The translations under genes were made by a program, and so were the position numbers. Shown piece by piece: positions 1-9,441 of a stretch of DNA of 39,060 nt. Each line of letters begins with the position of its first letter. The stretch's first letter is position 1. Source of the stretch: a virus (taxonomy: Duplodnaviria; Caudoviricetes); the IMG/VR virus record IMGVR_UViG_3300024283_000098, positions 1-39,060 of that record; one strand, written 5' to 3'. The notes beneath the pieces were generated by a model. It was not told the DNA's origin. It saw nothing but the letters and a program-made list of their open reading frames with translations, and made no database searches.

Positions 1-2
1 TC

Positions 3-476
3 AGTGGTGTGACGGCCGCGCTAGGCACCATGAATGCCTCGACCATCGTTGATGGTGCCAGCAGGGCCAGCGTCACAACCCTCGGCCTGTCACCGGCAAC
101 AACGACCAGCACAGGGCAGGTCTGTGCTGGGTTAGCTGTGCTGATCACGCCAACGTCCAGCGGTATCCTCGACGTGCGGGTTTGCATGAACACGCGCAAC
201 AATACCGCAAGCAATGGGCTGTTCGTGCGGCTCAGATATGGCGCCGGCACCCCACCAACCAACGGCACTGCAATTGCGGGCGTCGGCGCGGGTGTCGGCA
301 CAGGTGTGCAGCAGGTAAACGGGGCAGGCGGCTCCCCGACCGTGCCGGTGACGCTGATCGGCACCATCAGTGGGCTGACGCCAGGCACCACATACTGGAT
401 CGACCTGTCATATTCTGCAATCACTGGCGGTACCGTGCAGTTGTCCGCTGTCGATGTAATGGCGTCGGAGCGATAG
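3..476 (+). CDS. Tail/virion structural protein, C-terminal part (5'-truncated)
   Basis: Frame open from the window edge; Gly/Thr-rich beta-strand-like sequence ending GLTPGTTYWIDL; precedes the tail fibre. Confidence 0.6.
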   Translation, partial: SGVTAALGTMNASTIVDGASRASVTTLGLSPATTTSTGQVCAGLAVLITPTSSGILDVRVCMNTRNNTASNGLFVRLRYGAGTPPTNGTAIAGVGAGVGTGVQQVNGAGGSPTVPVTLIGTISGLTPGTTYWIDLSYSAITGGTVQLSAVDVMASER

Positions 477-492
477 GAAGGAAACGACACGC

Positions 493-711
493 ATGGACAT
501 GCAGCGGATCGAACCCAACCGACCGATTACTGTGCAACTCACACCCGAGCAGTGGAACGTCGTGCTGTTCGCGCTGCGCAACCACGCGCTGCCATTCGAG
601 GTTTCCGCGCCAATCCTTAACGCCCTCACCGAGCAGTTCCGTCAGCAGGCACAATCGCAGCGGCCACTATCGACGGAAGATATGGCGGGCCAAATCGTGC
701 CAGGGACATAG
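493..711 (+). CDS. Small hypothetical protein (possible tail fibre chaperone)
   Basis: AGGAAGG RBS; lies between two tail genes. Confidence 0.6.
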   Translation: MDMQRIEPNRPITVQLTPEQWNVVLFALRNHALPFEVSAPILNALTEQFRQQAQSQRPLSTEDMAGQIVPGT

Positions 712-719
712 ATCAAGCC

Positions 720-2003
720 ATGCTTGATTTTCCCAACCACCCGACCGTGGGCCAAGTCTTTGGCGACGTTGGTCTAAGCTGGACCTGGGACGGCGTTAAG
801 TGGACTTCCGTGCCGACCGACATGACGGGGCCTTTCCTGCCGATCGCCGGCGGCACGATGGGGGGTCCGCTGTACTGGACCGCAACCGGCAGCACGGCCT
901 CGCGCGCGGCGCAGGACCGCTCTGACGATAGTGTCAATGCGCTGGACTACGGTCTTAAACTGGACGGCACCACCGACAACACGTCGGTCCTGAACGCAGC
1001 CAGGGTTGCAACGCAGCGTAATGGCTCGGTGTTCCTGCCCTCCGGACGCATTCACGGTCCGATTGCCACCACGGCTGGTCCGACGACTGCCGTGCTATGG
1101 AAACTGGATGGCACGACGTTCCCCGATGGCGCCACGCCTGTCACGCAGATCGGTGCGCCCGGTGATACCGTCGAAAGCTATTACAACGGATACAAGTTCT
1201 TTGGGAAACAGCAGAACCCGGTGGGGGCATTTGCCCCGGTGGTTCGGATTGACCTCTTACAGAACCTGACCGGCGCCGGTGGTGGCGGCATTGCCAACGC
1301 GCTATCGGTCAATGCCACGCAGAGTGCCGGCGACACAAGCCTCCTCTACGCACTTGCCGTGACATGCACCAACTCCGCTGCTGAGAACTCCGGTGGTATG
1401 GCGGGTATCCAGTCGACGGTCACCAAGGCAGGCGGCGGACAAGCCTGGGCAATCCAGACGGTGACGCGCGACACGACCGGACTGGCCAGTAGTGCCAATG
1501 GTCATGGCATGGTCGGCGTGGAAGCTGCTATCCGCGCCACCAATGTCGATGATGCCGCTAATGCCTTGACGTGGGGCGGCGTCGGCAATCGTATATGCCT
1601 CCATCTGTCGTTGACGCTCCCGGTCGGGACCGCCGCCGGCACCGAGGCCGGGTTCACCAGTGCCATTCGGGTGAGCGGCGATCCGGCAGGGACGCAATGC
1701 TATACTGCCAGCGTCTACGCTGTGGATACGAACGTCGATACGTATCAGGTGTTTGATGCGCGCGGTGCAAGCGCGCCGTTCAATTACGGCACGAACCCGG
1801 TCGCGGCACTGCGCATGGCAGCAAATCAGATCATCGACTTCAACGGCGGCCCGGCACTGAACAGCGTCGGAGGTGCATACCTGCAATATCGCTCCGCGAC
1901 ACAGCGGCTCTACTACGTCGTGGCTGGTGTCGATCAGTGGAGCATCGATGCGTCCGGCAACGTGCGAGCACGCGGCACGATCACCGGCAGCACCGCACCA
2001 TGA
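720..2003 (+). CDS. Tail fibre / tailspike
   Basis: N-terminal DFPxxPTVGQ..WTWDGVKW, FLPIAGGTMGGPL and VNALDYGLKLDGTTDNT motifs typical of phage fibres/spikes. Confidence 0.8.
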   Translation: MLDFPNHPTVGQVFGDVGLSWTWDGVKWTSVPTDMTGPFLPIAGGTMGGPLYWTATGSTASRAAQDRSDDSVNALDYGLKLDGTTDNTSVLNAARVATQRNGSVFLPSGRIHGPIATTAGPTTAVLWKLDGTTFPDGATPVTQIGAPGDTVESYYNGYKFFGKQQNPVGAFAPVVRIDLLQNLTGAGGGGIANALSVNATQSAGDTSLLYALAVTCTNSAAENSGGMAGIQSTVTKAGGGQAWAIQTVTRDTTGLASSANGHGMVGVEAAIRATNVDDAANALTWGGVGNRICLHLSLTLPVGTAAGTEAGFTSAIRVSGDPAGTQCYTASVYAVDTNVDTYQVFDARGASAPFNYGTNPVAALRMAANQIIDFNGGPALNSVGGAYLQYRSATQRLYYVVAGVDQWSIDASGNVRARGTITGSTAP

Positions 2004-2015
2004 TGGAGCGCGGTT

Positions 2016-2048
2016 ATGGCTGATACGCTGACCGGCTACTGGTCGATG
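2016..2048 (+). pseudogene. Abandoned 5' end of the tail-collar gene ([11 protein letters not shown])
   Basis: GGAG RBS at 2005-2008; peptide aligns with [11 protein letters not shown] at 2812. Confidence 0.55.
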
Positions 2049-2710
2049 GATTTGCATACGAGTTTGCGGCGAACGTGGGCTGACAATCCGGTTGCATCCG
2101 CCGGTTTGGTCCCGGACTTGCTGCTCTGCTGTAGATACGCAATGAGCTTATGCAGAATCCGTACGTCGTCGTTGACGTGGCCAAGCGCTGCGTTGCAGCC
2201 GCCGCACAGCCAACCACGGAAGTGGCCGCGCTGATGGCAATGGTCGAAATGCAGCCTGCGGTTGGCCTGATTCGGCCGACCACAGACCTCACAAAGAGTA
2301 GGGCGGGGACGGCCGGCGAGAGCCTCAAGCTCAGCGCTTTCTTTGGCGAGCCGGTCGCGCCTGTACTGTTCGCGCTTTTCGGGATGCTCAGCGAACCATC
2401 GTTTGGTGTTCTTGGCATGGCGCTCCTTGTTTTCTGGCTCAGCGCGGTAGGCGCGGATTTTGTCCTTGTTGGCTGCGGCGTAGATACGCCCTTGAGCAGC
2501 GGCCTTGTCGCGATGTTTGAGGCGGAGGCTGGCCCACTTTTCCGGGTTAGCTGCGCGCCACGCTCGCATTTGTTCGTTAATCTTCTCGCGGTTCTTGGCG
2601 TCCCAGGCACGTCTGACGGCTTGCGCGTGCTCCTTGTTGTTTGCCCTGTGCGTTCGCGCGTAGGCGCGCCACGCCTCGCGCCGTTCTTCGACGGTCATGT
2701 TACGTCTCAT
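2036..2710 (-). CDS. Endonuclease VII-family (His-Me finger) homing endonuclease
   Basis: CEVC...[25 protein letters not shown]...L..LIAYL; N-terminal RAWxAxNxEK-type helical repeats; antisense to flanking genes. Confidence 0.88.
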   Translation of the reverse strand: MRRNMTVEERREAWRAYARTHRANNKEHAQAVRRAWDAKNREKINEQMRAWRAANPEKWASLRLKHRDKAAAQGRIYAAANKDKIRAYRAEPENKERHAKNTKRWFAEHPEKREQYRRDRLAKESAELEALAGRPRPTLCEVCGRPNQANRRLHFDHCHQRGHFRGWLCGGCNAALGHVNDDVRILHKLIAYLQQSSKSGTKPADATGLSAHVRRKLVCKSIDQ

Positions 2711-2811
2711 GCAGCCACGGTCCTTTGTCGCGAAGGATTGCGGTTAGGGGCGGCGGCGATGTTTCGAGCATCGCCGTCGTTCCGTTATTGCACGGAAGGG
2801 GCCACCTGACA

Positions 2812-3681
2812 ATGGCGGATATGTATACACAAGCGTGGGGGCTGACAAAACCCGAGGTGGGGCAAAGTCGTGACACTTGGGGAACGAAATTAAACACAGA
2901 CCTGGATGCGATCGACACGCTGCTGCAAGCGCTGCAACCGATCGGCGCGATGATCGATTTCGCGGGCGCCAATGCCCCGACCGGCTGGTTGCTGTGCGAT
3001 GGCACGCTGTACACCAAAACCGCCTATCCGCTGTTGTTCGGTGTGATCGGCAACCGCTTCGGCGGCGATGGCGTCACCACGTTCATGGTCCCTGATGCGC
3101 GTGGGCGTATGACGGCCGGCGCCGGCAGCACGACAGGTGATTACAGCTACTCTTTCGGCATTGGTCTCGCCCAGAAAATCGGCGACTGGCAAATCCCGAT
3201 CACGCTGAACAACCTGCCAAACGCCAGCATCATCACCGATACGGTGGGCGGGCACACACATGCCGGGAGCAGCGTTTCAGGCGCGGGTGACCATCAGCAT
3301 ACCGGCAGGACTGACATTAACGGCGAGCACAGTCACGGTTATGGCGCTGTCCTGTTGCACAACGGCGACCAGCAAATCGCTGGCGGGTTCGATAGCGGCT
3401 TCGGCGGCCAGCAAACCGACGTGCAGGGCTCTCACGTGCATACGTTCAACACCGACTACGCTGGCAATCACTCGCACGCCCTCGCGATCACCTCTGACGG
3501 ATCGCACGCGCATACGTTCAGCCTGGGCGGCGGCGGCGAAACGCTCCGGGTGCTGCCGGCAACGCTCGGCATGACGAAAATCATCTGCTGCGGGCCGCCC
3601 TCGATGCAGGCCGCGATCGCGGTGCTGACGTCCGGCGGCATGGCGCGGCTGATGGCCTCGCCGCTGCGCGGCGTGAACTGA
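2812..3681 (+). CDS. Tail collar-domain fibre protein
   Basis: [19 protein letters not shown]-terminus; [37 protein letters not shown] collar motif; six GxHxH repeats. Confidence 0.88.
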   Translation: MADMYTQAWGLTKPEVGQSRDTWGTKLNTDLDAIDTLLQALQPIGAMIDFAGANAPTGWLLCDGTLYTKTAYPLLFGVIGNRFGGDGVTTFMVPDARGRMTAGAGSTTGDYSYSFGIGLAQKIGDWQIPITLNNLPNASIITDTVGGHTHAGSSVSGAGDHQHTGRTDINGEHSHGYGAVLLHNGDQQIAGGFDSGFGGQQTDVQGSHVHTFNTDYAGNHSHALAITSDGSHAHTFSLGGGGETLRVLPATLGMTKIICCGPPSMQAAIAVLTSGGMARLMASPLRGVN

Positions 3682-3686
3682 GCCGT

Positions 3687-5222
3687 ATGCCGAAGAACAA
3701 CATCACCATCTTTCCGAAACCCGGCATCTACCGGGGCGCCACGCCGAACGCTTCGGTCGGGCGGTGGTATGACATGAACTTGGTGCGCTGGCGCGGCGGC
3801 CAGGCGCAGCCGGTCGGTGGCTCGATGGCGTTGCCGGCTGCGGTGGGCGACTCGGCGGGGCGCGACGTGCTGACCTGGCACGACAACAGCGGGCGCCGTT
3901 GGGCCGCACTCGGCACTGACGTTAAGCTTTGGGTCTATAACTTTGACACGCAGGGATTCTGGGACATCACACCGGCCGGCGTCGGGCCGCTGGAACAGGC
4001 CGGTCCGCGCGTCGGCTACGGCCTGGCTGATTACGGCGAAGCGGCCTACGGCACAGCGCGCGATCCAGCGGATATCGGTCCCGAGGATGCCAGCGCGGTG
4101 CTCGGCGACATCTGGTCGATGGACCTGTTCGGCGAAAACCTGGTGTTCGTGCCGACGCAGCACGGCGGCCTGTTCCAATGGGTGCCGAATGTTGACGGGG
4201 GTCCGGCGACCGCCGTGGCCAATGCGCCGCCGCTGAATGGCGGCGTGCTGGTGACCGAGGAACGCGCCATCGTGCTGTTCGGCGCCAACGGCGATCCGCG
4301 TCGGGTGCAATGGTGCGATCAGGAAAACCCGACCGTCTGGACGCCGGCCGTCGACAATCTCGCCGGCAGCAAGCAGTTAGAAACCGAAGGCCGCGCGCTG
4401 CTGTCCTGCAAGGCGCCCGGCGGCAATCTGATCATGACCGACAACGATGCGCACCTGCTGGCCTATGTCGGGCCGCCGTACGCGTACGGCATCAAGCGGG
4501 TCGGCGCCAACTGCGGCCCCTGTTCGCGGCGTGCCGTGGCCTATGCCGGCGATACCGTGCGCTGGATGGGACAACAGACGTTCTGGCAGTATTCCGGCGC
4601 GGTGACCCCGATGGCCTCGGACGTGTCCGACTGGCTGTTCTCGCTGCTCAATCGCGGCTTCATCGGCAAGGTGTTCGCCGCGCCAAACCCCACATTCTCC
4701 GAGCTCTGGTGGTACTGGCCGAGCGAGGCGGCGCAGGAGTGCAACCGTTACGTGGCGCAGGATTACGGCGACCCGAGCGTGCCGTGGATCATCGGTCAGC
4801 AAAACCGCACCGGAGCCGACACGCGCGGCAGCATGCTGCGCCCGGTGCTCGCCGGTCTCGATGGAAAACTCTATCTGCACGAATACGGCTGGACCGACGA
4901 CGGCGCCACGCGGGTCGGGCAAATCTATCTGGAAACCGCTGACTTCATGCTGTCGCCGGAAACCAACACGCGGTTCCATGTGCGGCAGATCAAACCGGAT
5001 TTCGTCGGGCCGGCGAATCGCGTCGGCTATCGGTTTTTCCTCTGGGAACAGCCCGATGGTCCGCAGTGGGATACCGGCTCCTATCCGGTGATCAATGACT
5101 CCGGTCTGGTCGATGCGCGGTTTTCCTGCCGGGGCCTGCGCATGCGCATCGAGGCGTTGTCCGATGGACCGTTCGCGATCGGCCGCACGCGGCTGGATTG
5201 CCGGCCCGGCGGGAGCCGATGA
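3687..5222 (+). CDS. Tail nozzle / DNA stabilization protein (P22 gp10-like)
   Basis: 511 aa, Trp/Gly-rich beta-propeller-like sequence (RWYDMNLVRW, VQWCDQEN, SELWWYWPS); precedes ejection genes. Confidence 0.75.
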   Translation: MPKNNITIFPKPGIYRGATPNASVGRWYDMNLVRWRGGQAQPVGGSMALPAAVGDSAGRDVLTWHDNSGRRWAALGTDVKLWVYNFDTQGFWDITPAGVGPLEQAGPRVGYGLADYGEAAYGTARDPADIGPEDASAVLGDIWSMDLFGENLVFVPTQHGGLFQWVPNVDGGPATAVANAPPLNGGVLVTEERAIVLFGANGDPRRVQWCDQENPTVWTPAVDNLAGSKQLETEGRALLSCKAPGGNLIMTDNDAHLLAYVGPPYAYGIKRVGANCGPCSRRAVAYAGDTVRWMGQQTFWQYSGAVTPMASDVSDWLFSLLNRGFIGKVFAAPNPTFSELWWYWPSEAAQECNRYVAQDYGDPSVPWIIGQQNRTGADTRGSMLRPVLAGLDGKLYLHEYGWTDDGATRVGQIYLETADFMLSPETNTRFHVRQIKPDFVGPANRVGYRFFLWEQPDGPQWDTGSYPVINDSGLVDARFSCRGLRMRIEALSDGPFAIGRTRLDCRPGGSR

Positions 5223-5444
5223 ATGGCCACGCCACGCTTCCCGACGACCAGCTTCACCGCGCCAAACACCGGCTCGCTGGATCAGCGCATGCGGGTGATC
5301 GCGGACGCCATCTCGCGCAAGGCGGATCAGACGCAGGAGCCGATGTATGCGTCGGTGTTGCTGCTGGCGCCGGGCGGCGCGGTGTGGCGGATCAGCGTGG
5401 ACGATGCGGGCGTGCTGTCGACCGCCGTGGTGGCGCGGTCATGA
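5223..5444 (+). CDS. Small tail-associated protein
   Basis: Abuts the nozzle gene; LLLAPGGAVWRISVDDAGVLST. Confidence 0.6.
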   Translation: MATPRFPTTSFTAPNTGSLDQRMRVIADAISRKADQTQEPMYASVLLLAPGGAVWRISVDDAGVLSTAVVARS

Positions 5445-5788
5445 TCGAACAGCAGATCGCGGCGGCGTTGCTGGCGGCCGGTGATCTGCTGACGGTCGAT
5501 GATCTGCGTGCGCTCGCGGTCGCGCGACGCGTGCAATGGTGGGGTGACGAACGTGTGGCCATCGCCACCGAAGTGCTGACCTACCCGCGCCGCCGCGTGT
5601 TGAATTGTTTCATGGCGGCCGGCGAGCTCGGCGCGATCTTCAATCTCCAGAACGACGTGGTGGACTTCGCGCGCAACATGGATTGCAGCCACATGATCGC
5701 GCACGGTCGGCCGGCCTGGGGGCGGATCGGTCGCGCCTACGGCTGGGCGCCGCGCTCGATTCAATACGTCAGGGAGGTGCCGTCATGA
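5441..5788 (+). CDS. GNAT-fold-like virion assembly protein
   Basis: ATGA overlap; TEVLTYPRRRVLNCFMAAGEL...HGRPAWGR; position equivalent to P22 gp14/T7 gp13. Confidence 0.6.
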   Translation: MIEQQIAAALLAAGDLLTVDDLRALAVARRVQWWGDERVAIATEVLTYPRRRVLNCFMAAGELGAIFNLQNDVVDFARNMDCSHMIAHGRPAWGRIGRAYGWAPRSIQYVREVPS

Positions 5789-6723
5789 CCGGCTTTTGGC
5801 GCCCACCTTATGCGACGGATTTTCATATCGCACGCGGTAGTGGCGGTGGTGGTCAGCAGACCACGACGACGAAAACCGAACTGCCGCAATTCGTGCTGGA
5901 TCAGGTTCAGAATAACATCGGCCGAGCCAATGAACTCGGCGCCGCGCCCTATGTCACCAATCCTTATTCCGGTGTCGCGCCGACCTCGCCGACGCAGACC
6001 CAGGCGTATGGCCAGATCGGCGACCTTCAGGGGCGCGCGCAAACCACCGGCTACGCGCCCGCCGAACAGCAACTGACCGGCCTGCTCGGCCAGGCGGCGC
6101 CGGTCACGGCGGATCAGATCAGCGGCAACGTATCGAGCTTGATGCGGCCCTATTCGGATATCGTGATCGACCCGAGCCTGACGCTGATGCAGCAGCAGTT
6201 GGCGCGCACCAAGCAGCAGATCGGCGCCAACGCCGATGCGGTCGGTGCATTCGGCGGCTCGCGACAAGGCGTCGAGGAAGGCATCGCCGACTCGCAAGAA
6301 GCATTGCAGGCGGGACAACTGAAATCCGGGCTGCTGCAATCCGGCTACAACGCCGTGCTGCCGGTGGCGGCGGGCATCGCCAACCAGAATCAAAACCTCG
6401 GCCAGTGGGCGACCTCGCTGCTGCCGCAGATCGCCACCACGGCATCCGACCAGGGGTTGAAAGAGGCGGGCGCGCTGGCGGGCGTCGGACAGCAGCAGCA
6501 GGAGCAAGCGCAGAACATCATGAACGTCGGCGCAGCGAACTACGAGGCGGCGCGGATGTGGCCGGCGCTCGGGCTCGGCTTGCAGGAGCAGGCCATTAGC
6601 ACCGCGCCGTTCGGTCAGACCAGCACCAGCACCGGGCCGGGAGCACCATCGAACACGGCCGGTATGGTGATCGGCGGCATCGGCGCGGCGGCCAGCGTCG
6701 CGGCGGCGGCAGTGGCGATCTGA
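5785..6723 (+). CDS. DNA ejection / internal virion protein (P22 gp7-like position)
   Basis: GGAGG RBS; GSGGGGQQTTTTKTELP, GAFGGSRQG, Gln-rich, hydrophobic C-terminus. Confidence 0.72.
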   Translation: MTGFWRPPYATDFHIARGSGGGGQQTTTTKTELPQFVLDQVQNNIGRANELGAAPYVTNPYSGVAPTSPTQTQAYGQIGDLQGRAQTTGYAPAEQQLTGLLGQAAPVTADQISGNVSSLMRPYSDIVIDPSLTLMQQQLARTKQQIGANADAVGAFGGSRQGVEEGIADSQEALQAGQLKSGLLQSGYNAVLPVAAGIANQNQNLGQWATSLLPQIATTASDQGLKEAGALAGVGQQQQEQAQNIMNVGAANYEAARMWPALGLGLQEQAISTAPFGQTSTSTGPGAPSNTAGMVIGGIGAAASVAAAAVAI

Positions 6724-6735
6724 GGGAGGCGAGGA

Positions 6736-7095
6736 ATGTCCGGCTATACCGGCGGCGGCTGGGATGATGCCACCAACCTTTGGGCCGGTGGCGCGGGAAG
6801 CTGGGGCGACAGCACGGTGCCGAGCGCATGGAACACCATGGACCCGCCATCGTCATCGTGGTGGACCGACCCCAAGACGAAGACCGAGCTGAGAGGGCTG
6901 GCGCAAGGTCTGGGTGGCGTTAAGCCGCTGGCTGACCCGAACGCCGCCAGCGCCCGGCCGCCGTTTCCGCAGGCGGGCATCCATCAAGGCCAGGCGGTCG
7001 ATGCGCTCGGGCAGTACCTGCAAATACTGCAAGCCCGCCAGCAGGCGTTGCGCACGCAGTTCCTGCCGAAGACGGCGGGCTTGCTGGGAGGTTAG
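6736..7095 (+). CDS. Hypothetical virion protein
   Basis: GGAGG RBS; within the ejection operon; ends AGLLGG. Confidence 0.6.
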   Translation: MSGYTGGGWDDATNLWAGGAGSWGDSTVPSAWNTMDPPSSSWWTDPKTKTELRGLAQGLGGVKPLADPNAASARPPFPQAGIHQGQAVDALGQYLQILQARQQALRTQFLPKTAGLLGG

Positions 7096-7098
7096 CCG

Positions 7099-9441
7099 AT
7101 GGCCGGTCTGCTCGATCTGAATGACGCCAGCGACCAGTGGACCATCGATCCCACCACGTTGGCGGAAATGGCGGCGGCGACCGGTACGCCAACCTGGACG
7201 CCGGGCGCGAGCGATACGACGCTGGCGCCGACCAGCGCGGAGTCGGTGCCGGCCGCACCGCCGCCGACCACGATGGCCGATAGCGGCGGTGGCGGCGGCT
7301 TCTGGCACGGTCTGACCAGCGGCATCGGCGACGTTGGCCTGGCGCTCGGCGGCGGCATCGATCCGTCGATCAGCGGCGAGGCCGCTGGTGTGGCGGGGCG
7401 GCGGGCGCTGCTGAATTTCAGCCTCGCGATGCTCGCGAACAGCGGGCCGAGCTACACGCCGCGCAACTTCGGCCAGATACTGGCGTCCGGTCTGTCGGCG
7501 GCCGGCGAATCGACGCTGCAAACTGAACAGAACCGGCTGAAGGCGCAGCAGGTGGCGGCGACCTACGCACTCAAAGCCGGGCAACAGAAAATTCAGGAAT
7601 ATCTCGCGACCATCACCGGGGCCAAGGCGGCGAAAGAGCTCGGCGTTGCGGCCAAGGTGTCCGCAGCAGCAGGGGGTGGCGGCGAGACCGCACCGGCCAG
7701 TAGTGCCGCACCAGCGGCGCCCGGCGCTGCGCCCGCGTCGGCGGCGGATTTCGTGGCGCAGAACACCGAGACGTTCAGCGACATTTCAGCGAAAACCGGA
7801 CTGCCGGTCGAATTCATCGCCGGGCAGGCCGGCAATGAAAGCGGCTGGGGCACATCGCGCGCCGCCGTCGAGGGCAACAACCTGTTCGGCCTGTCGGATG
7901 CCAACGGCAAGCCGCTGTCGTTCCCCACCCGGCAGGCCGGCATCGCCGCCTACGTCAACCTGCTGAACACCCGCTACAAGGATGTGCCGCGCACCGGCTC
8001 GCCGACCGATATCGGCATCGCACTCGGCAAGGCCGGCTACAACATGACGGTGCCGGACTACGGCCAGCGGATCGGCAATTTTGCGGCCCAGGCGGCGCCG
8101 TTGCTGGCGCGCCCGGCCCGCACGCAGCTTGCTGGACCTGGCGTCGGTGGCGCGCCATCTGGCGGCGCAACGGCGCCCGCGCCGTCCAGCCCCCCTCCAA
8201 GCCCCGGCACGGGGGTGGTCGGGCCACCGGCCGCCACGCCGCCGGCAACCGTCAACGCGGCGCCGCCGACCGCGCCGCTGATCCCAAGGGCCACCTTGGC
8301 GCCGCCCGATTTCAGCGATGTCCCTGGCCGCCGCGCCGCGCTCGCAACGACCTATCAGCATCAGCTCGCGAACGTCGCCAACGCGGGCGACCCGAACCTG
8401 CGGGAGAAAGCCGAGACGGAGTTGCGGGCCGGAAACGCGGCGATCGATAAGGAGGTGGCCGACCGCAAGGCCGCCTACGCCAAGGAGGCCGCCGAGTTCG
8501 AGGCGAAGCAGAACGCGGAGGAAGCGAAGCTTCGCGAGGAGAACGCCCGCGCCGCTGCAACGCTCGCAGCGGAGAACGCCCGCGCCGAAGCCGAGCGGCA
8601 GAACAAGCTGGACGTTGAGGCTGCGAAGGCCAAGGCCGCGATCGACACCGCGCACGCCACCAACATCGGCCACATCATGGCGAAGCGGCTGGAAGTCTCC
8701 GGCGCCGATGCGGAGGCGGCGCGCCAGCTTGCCAGCAAGGTGGACCAACTCGATCTGGTGGCGCCCGTCATCATGCAGGGCGGTCCGGATTTTGTGGCGG
8801 ACAAGCATCCCGAGGTGCGGGACGTGCTGCGGCAACTCGGCGCCGGCACCGAAAGCCAGTGGGCGAGATGGAACGCGCAGGATACCTGGCAGCAGGTCAT
8901 GAAGCAGCTCCAGGTGGGCGCCAACGCCGCATTCAAAGGCTCGGTGTCCGACTATGAGGAACGCATCGCCGGCGCCAGCTTCCAGACCCTATCGCAAGAC
9001 CCGCAGAACATCCCGATCGCGCTCGGCATGCTGCGCGCCGCCATCAACCGGAAACAGCAGATCGACGCACTGCGCAACGACTACGCCAGCTCGCCGCAAG
9101 GCAAGGCGAACGGCACCGCCGGCATGGAGCAGTGGGTGAATTCGCAACTCCCCGGCTTCGACCCGAAGCATCCTCTGGACCCGCCACCGCTGTTCCAAAA
9201 ACCGGCGCCATTGACCGCGCCGGCATTTCGGCCAGGCACACCGGAGCGCGCGGCAGCGGAGGCGGCCGACACCGCCGCGACGCAGGAGTACGTCAACGAT
9301 CCCGACAAGGCGCGCGGCATCCCGTTCCAACTCTGGCAGACCATCAAGGGGGCGGACGGCAAGGATCAGCGCGTCCTGGGGTGGGCGGTCAAAGGGCCTG
9401 ACGGGCGCTGGCACACGCAAGCGTTCCAGCGGGGTGGATGA
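7099..9441 (+). CDS. Ejection protein with FlgJ/GH73-like glucosaminidase domain
   Basis: FIAGQAGNESGWGTS..GNNLFGL...GY motifs; Pro-rich linker and coiled coil. Confidence 0.8.
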   Translation: MAGLLDLNDASDQWTIDPTTLAEMAAATGTPTWTPGASDTTLAPTSAESVPAAPPPTTMADSGGGGGFWHGLTSGIGDVGLALGGGIDPSISGEAAGVAGRRALLNFSLAMLANSGPSYTPRNFGQILASGLSAAGESTLQTEQNRLKAQQVAATYALKAGQQKIQEYLATITGAKAAKELGVAAKVSAAAGGGGETAPASSAAPAAPGAAPASAADFVAQNTETFSDISAKTGLPVEFIAGQAGNESGWGTSRAAVEGNNLFGLSDANGKPLSFPTRQAGIAAYVNLLNTRYKDVPRTGSPTDIGIALGKAGYNMTVPDYGQRIGNFAAQAAPLLARPARTQLAGPGVGGAPSGGATAPAPSSPPPSPGTGVVGPPAATPPATVNAAPPTAPLIPRATLAPPDFSDVPGRRAALATTYQHQLANVANAGDPNLREKAETELRAGNAAIDKEVADRKAAYAKEAAEFEAKQNAEEAKLREENARAAATLAAENARAEAERQNKLDVEAAKAKAAIDTAHATNIGHIMAKRLEVSGADAEAARQLASKVDQLDLVAPVIMQGGPDFVADKHPEVRDVLRQLGAGTESQWARWNAQDTWQQVMKQLQVGANAAFKGSVSDYEERIAGASFQTLSQDPQNIPIALGMLRAAINRKQQIDALRNDYASSPQGKANGTAGMEQWVNSQLPGFDPKHPLDPPPLFQKPAPLTAPAFRPGTPERAAAEAADTAATQEYVNDPDKARGIPFQLWQTIKGADGKDQRVLGWAVKGPDGRWHTQAFQRGG

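Noticed and set aside
2016-2811. Group I intron interrupting the tail-collar gene
   Set aside because: The downstream part has its own ATG and a complete N-terminus, the endonuclease is antisense, and no intron core elements were recognised
720-3681. Diversity-generating retroelement or invertible tail-fibre cassette
   Set aside because: No reverse transcriptase, invertase or template/variable repeat pair seen
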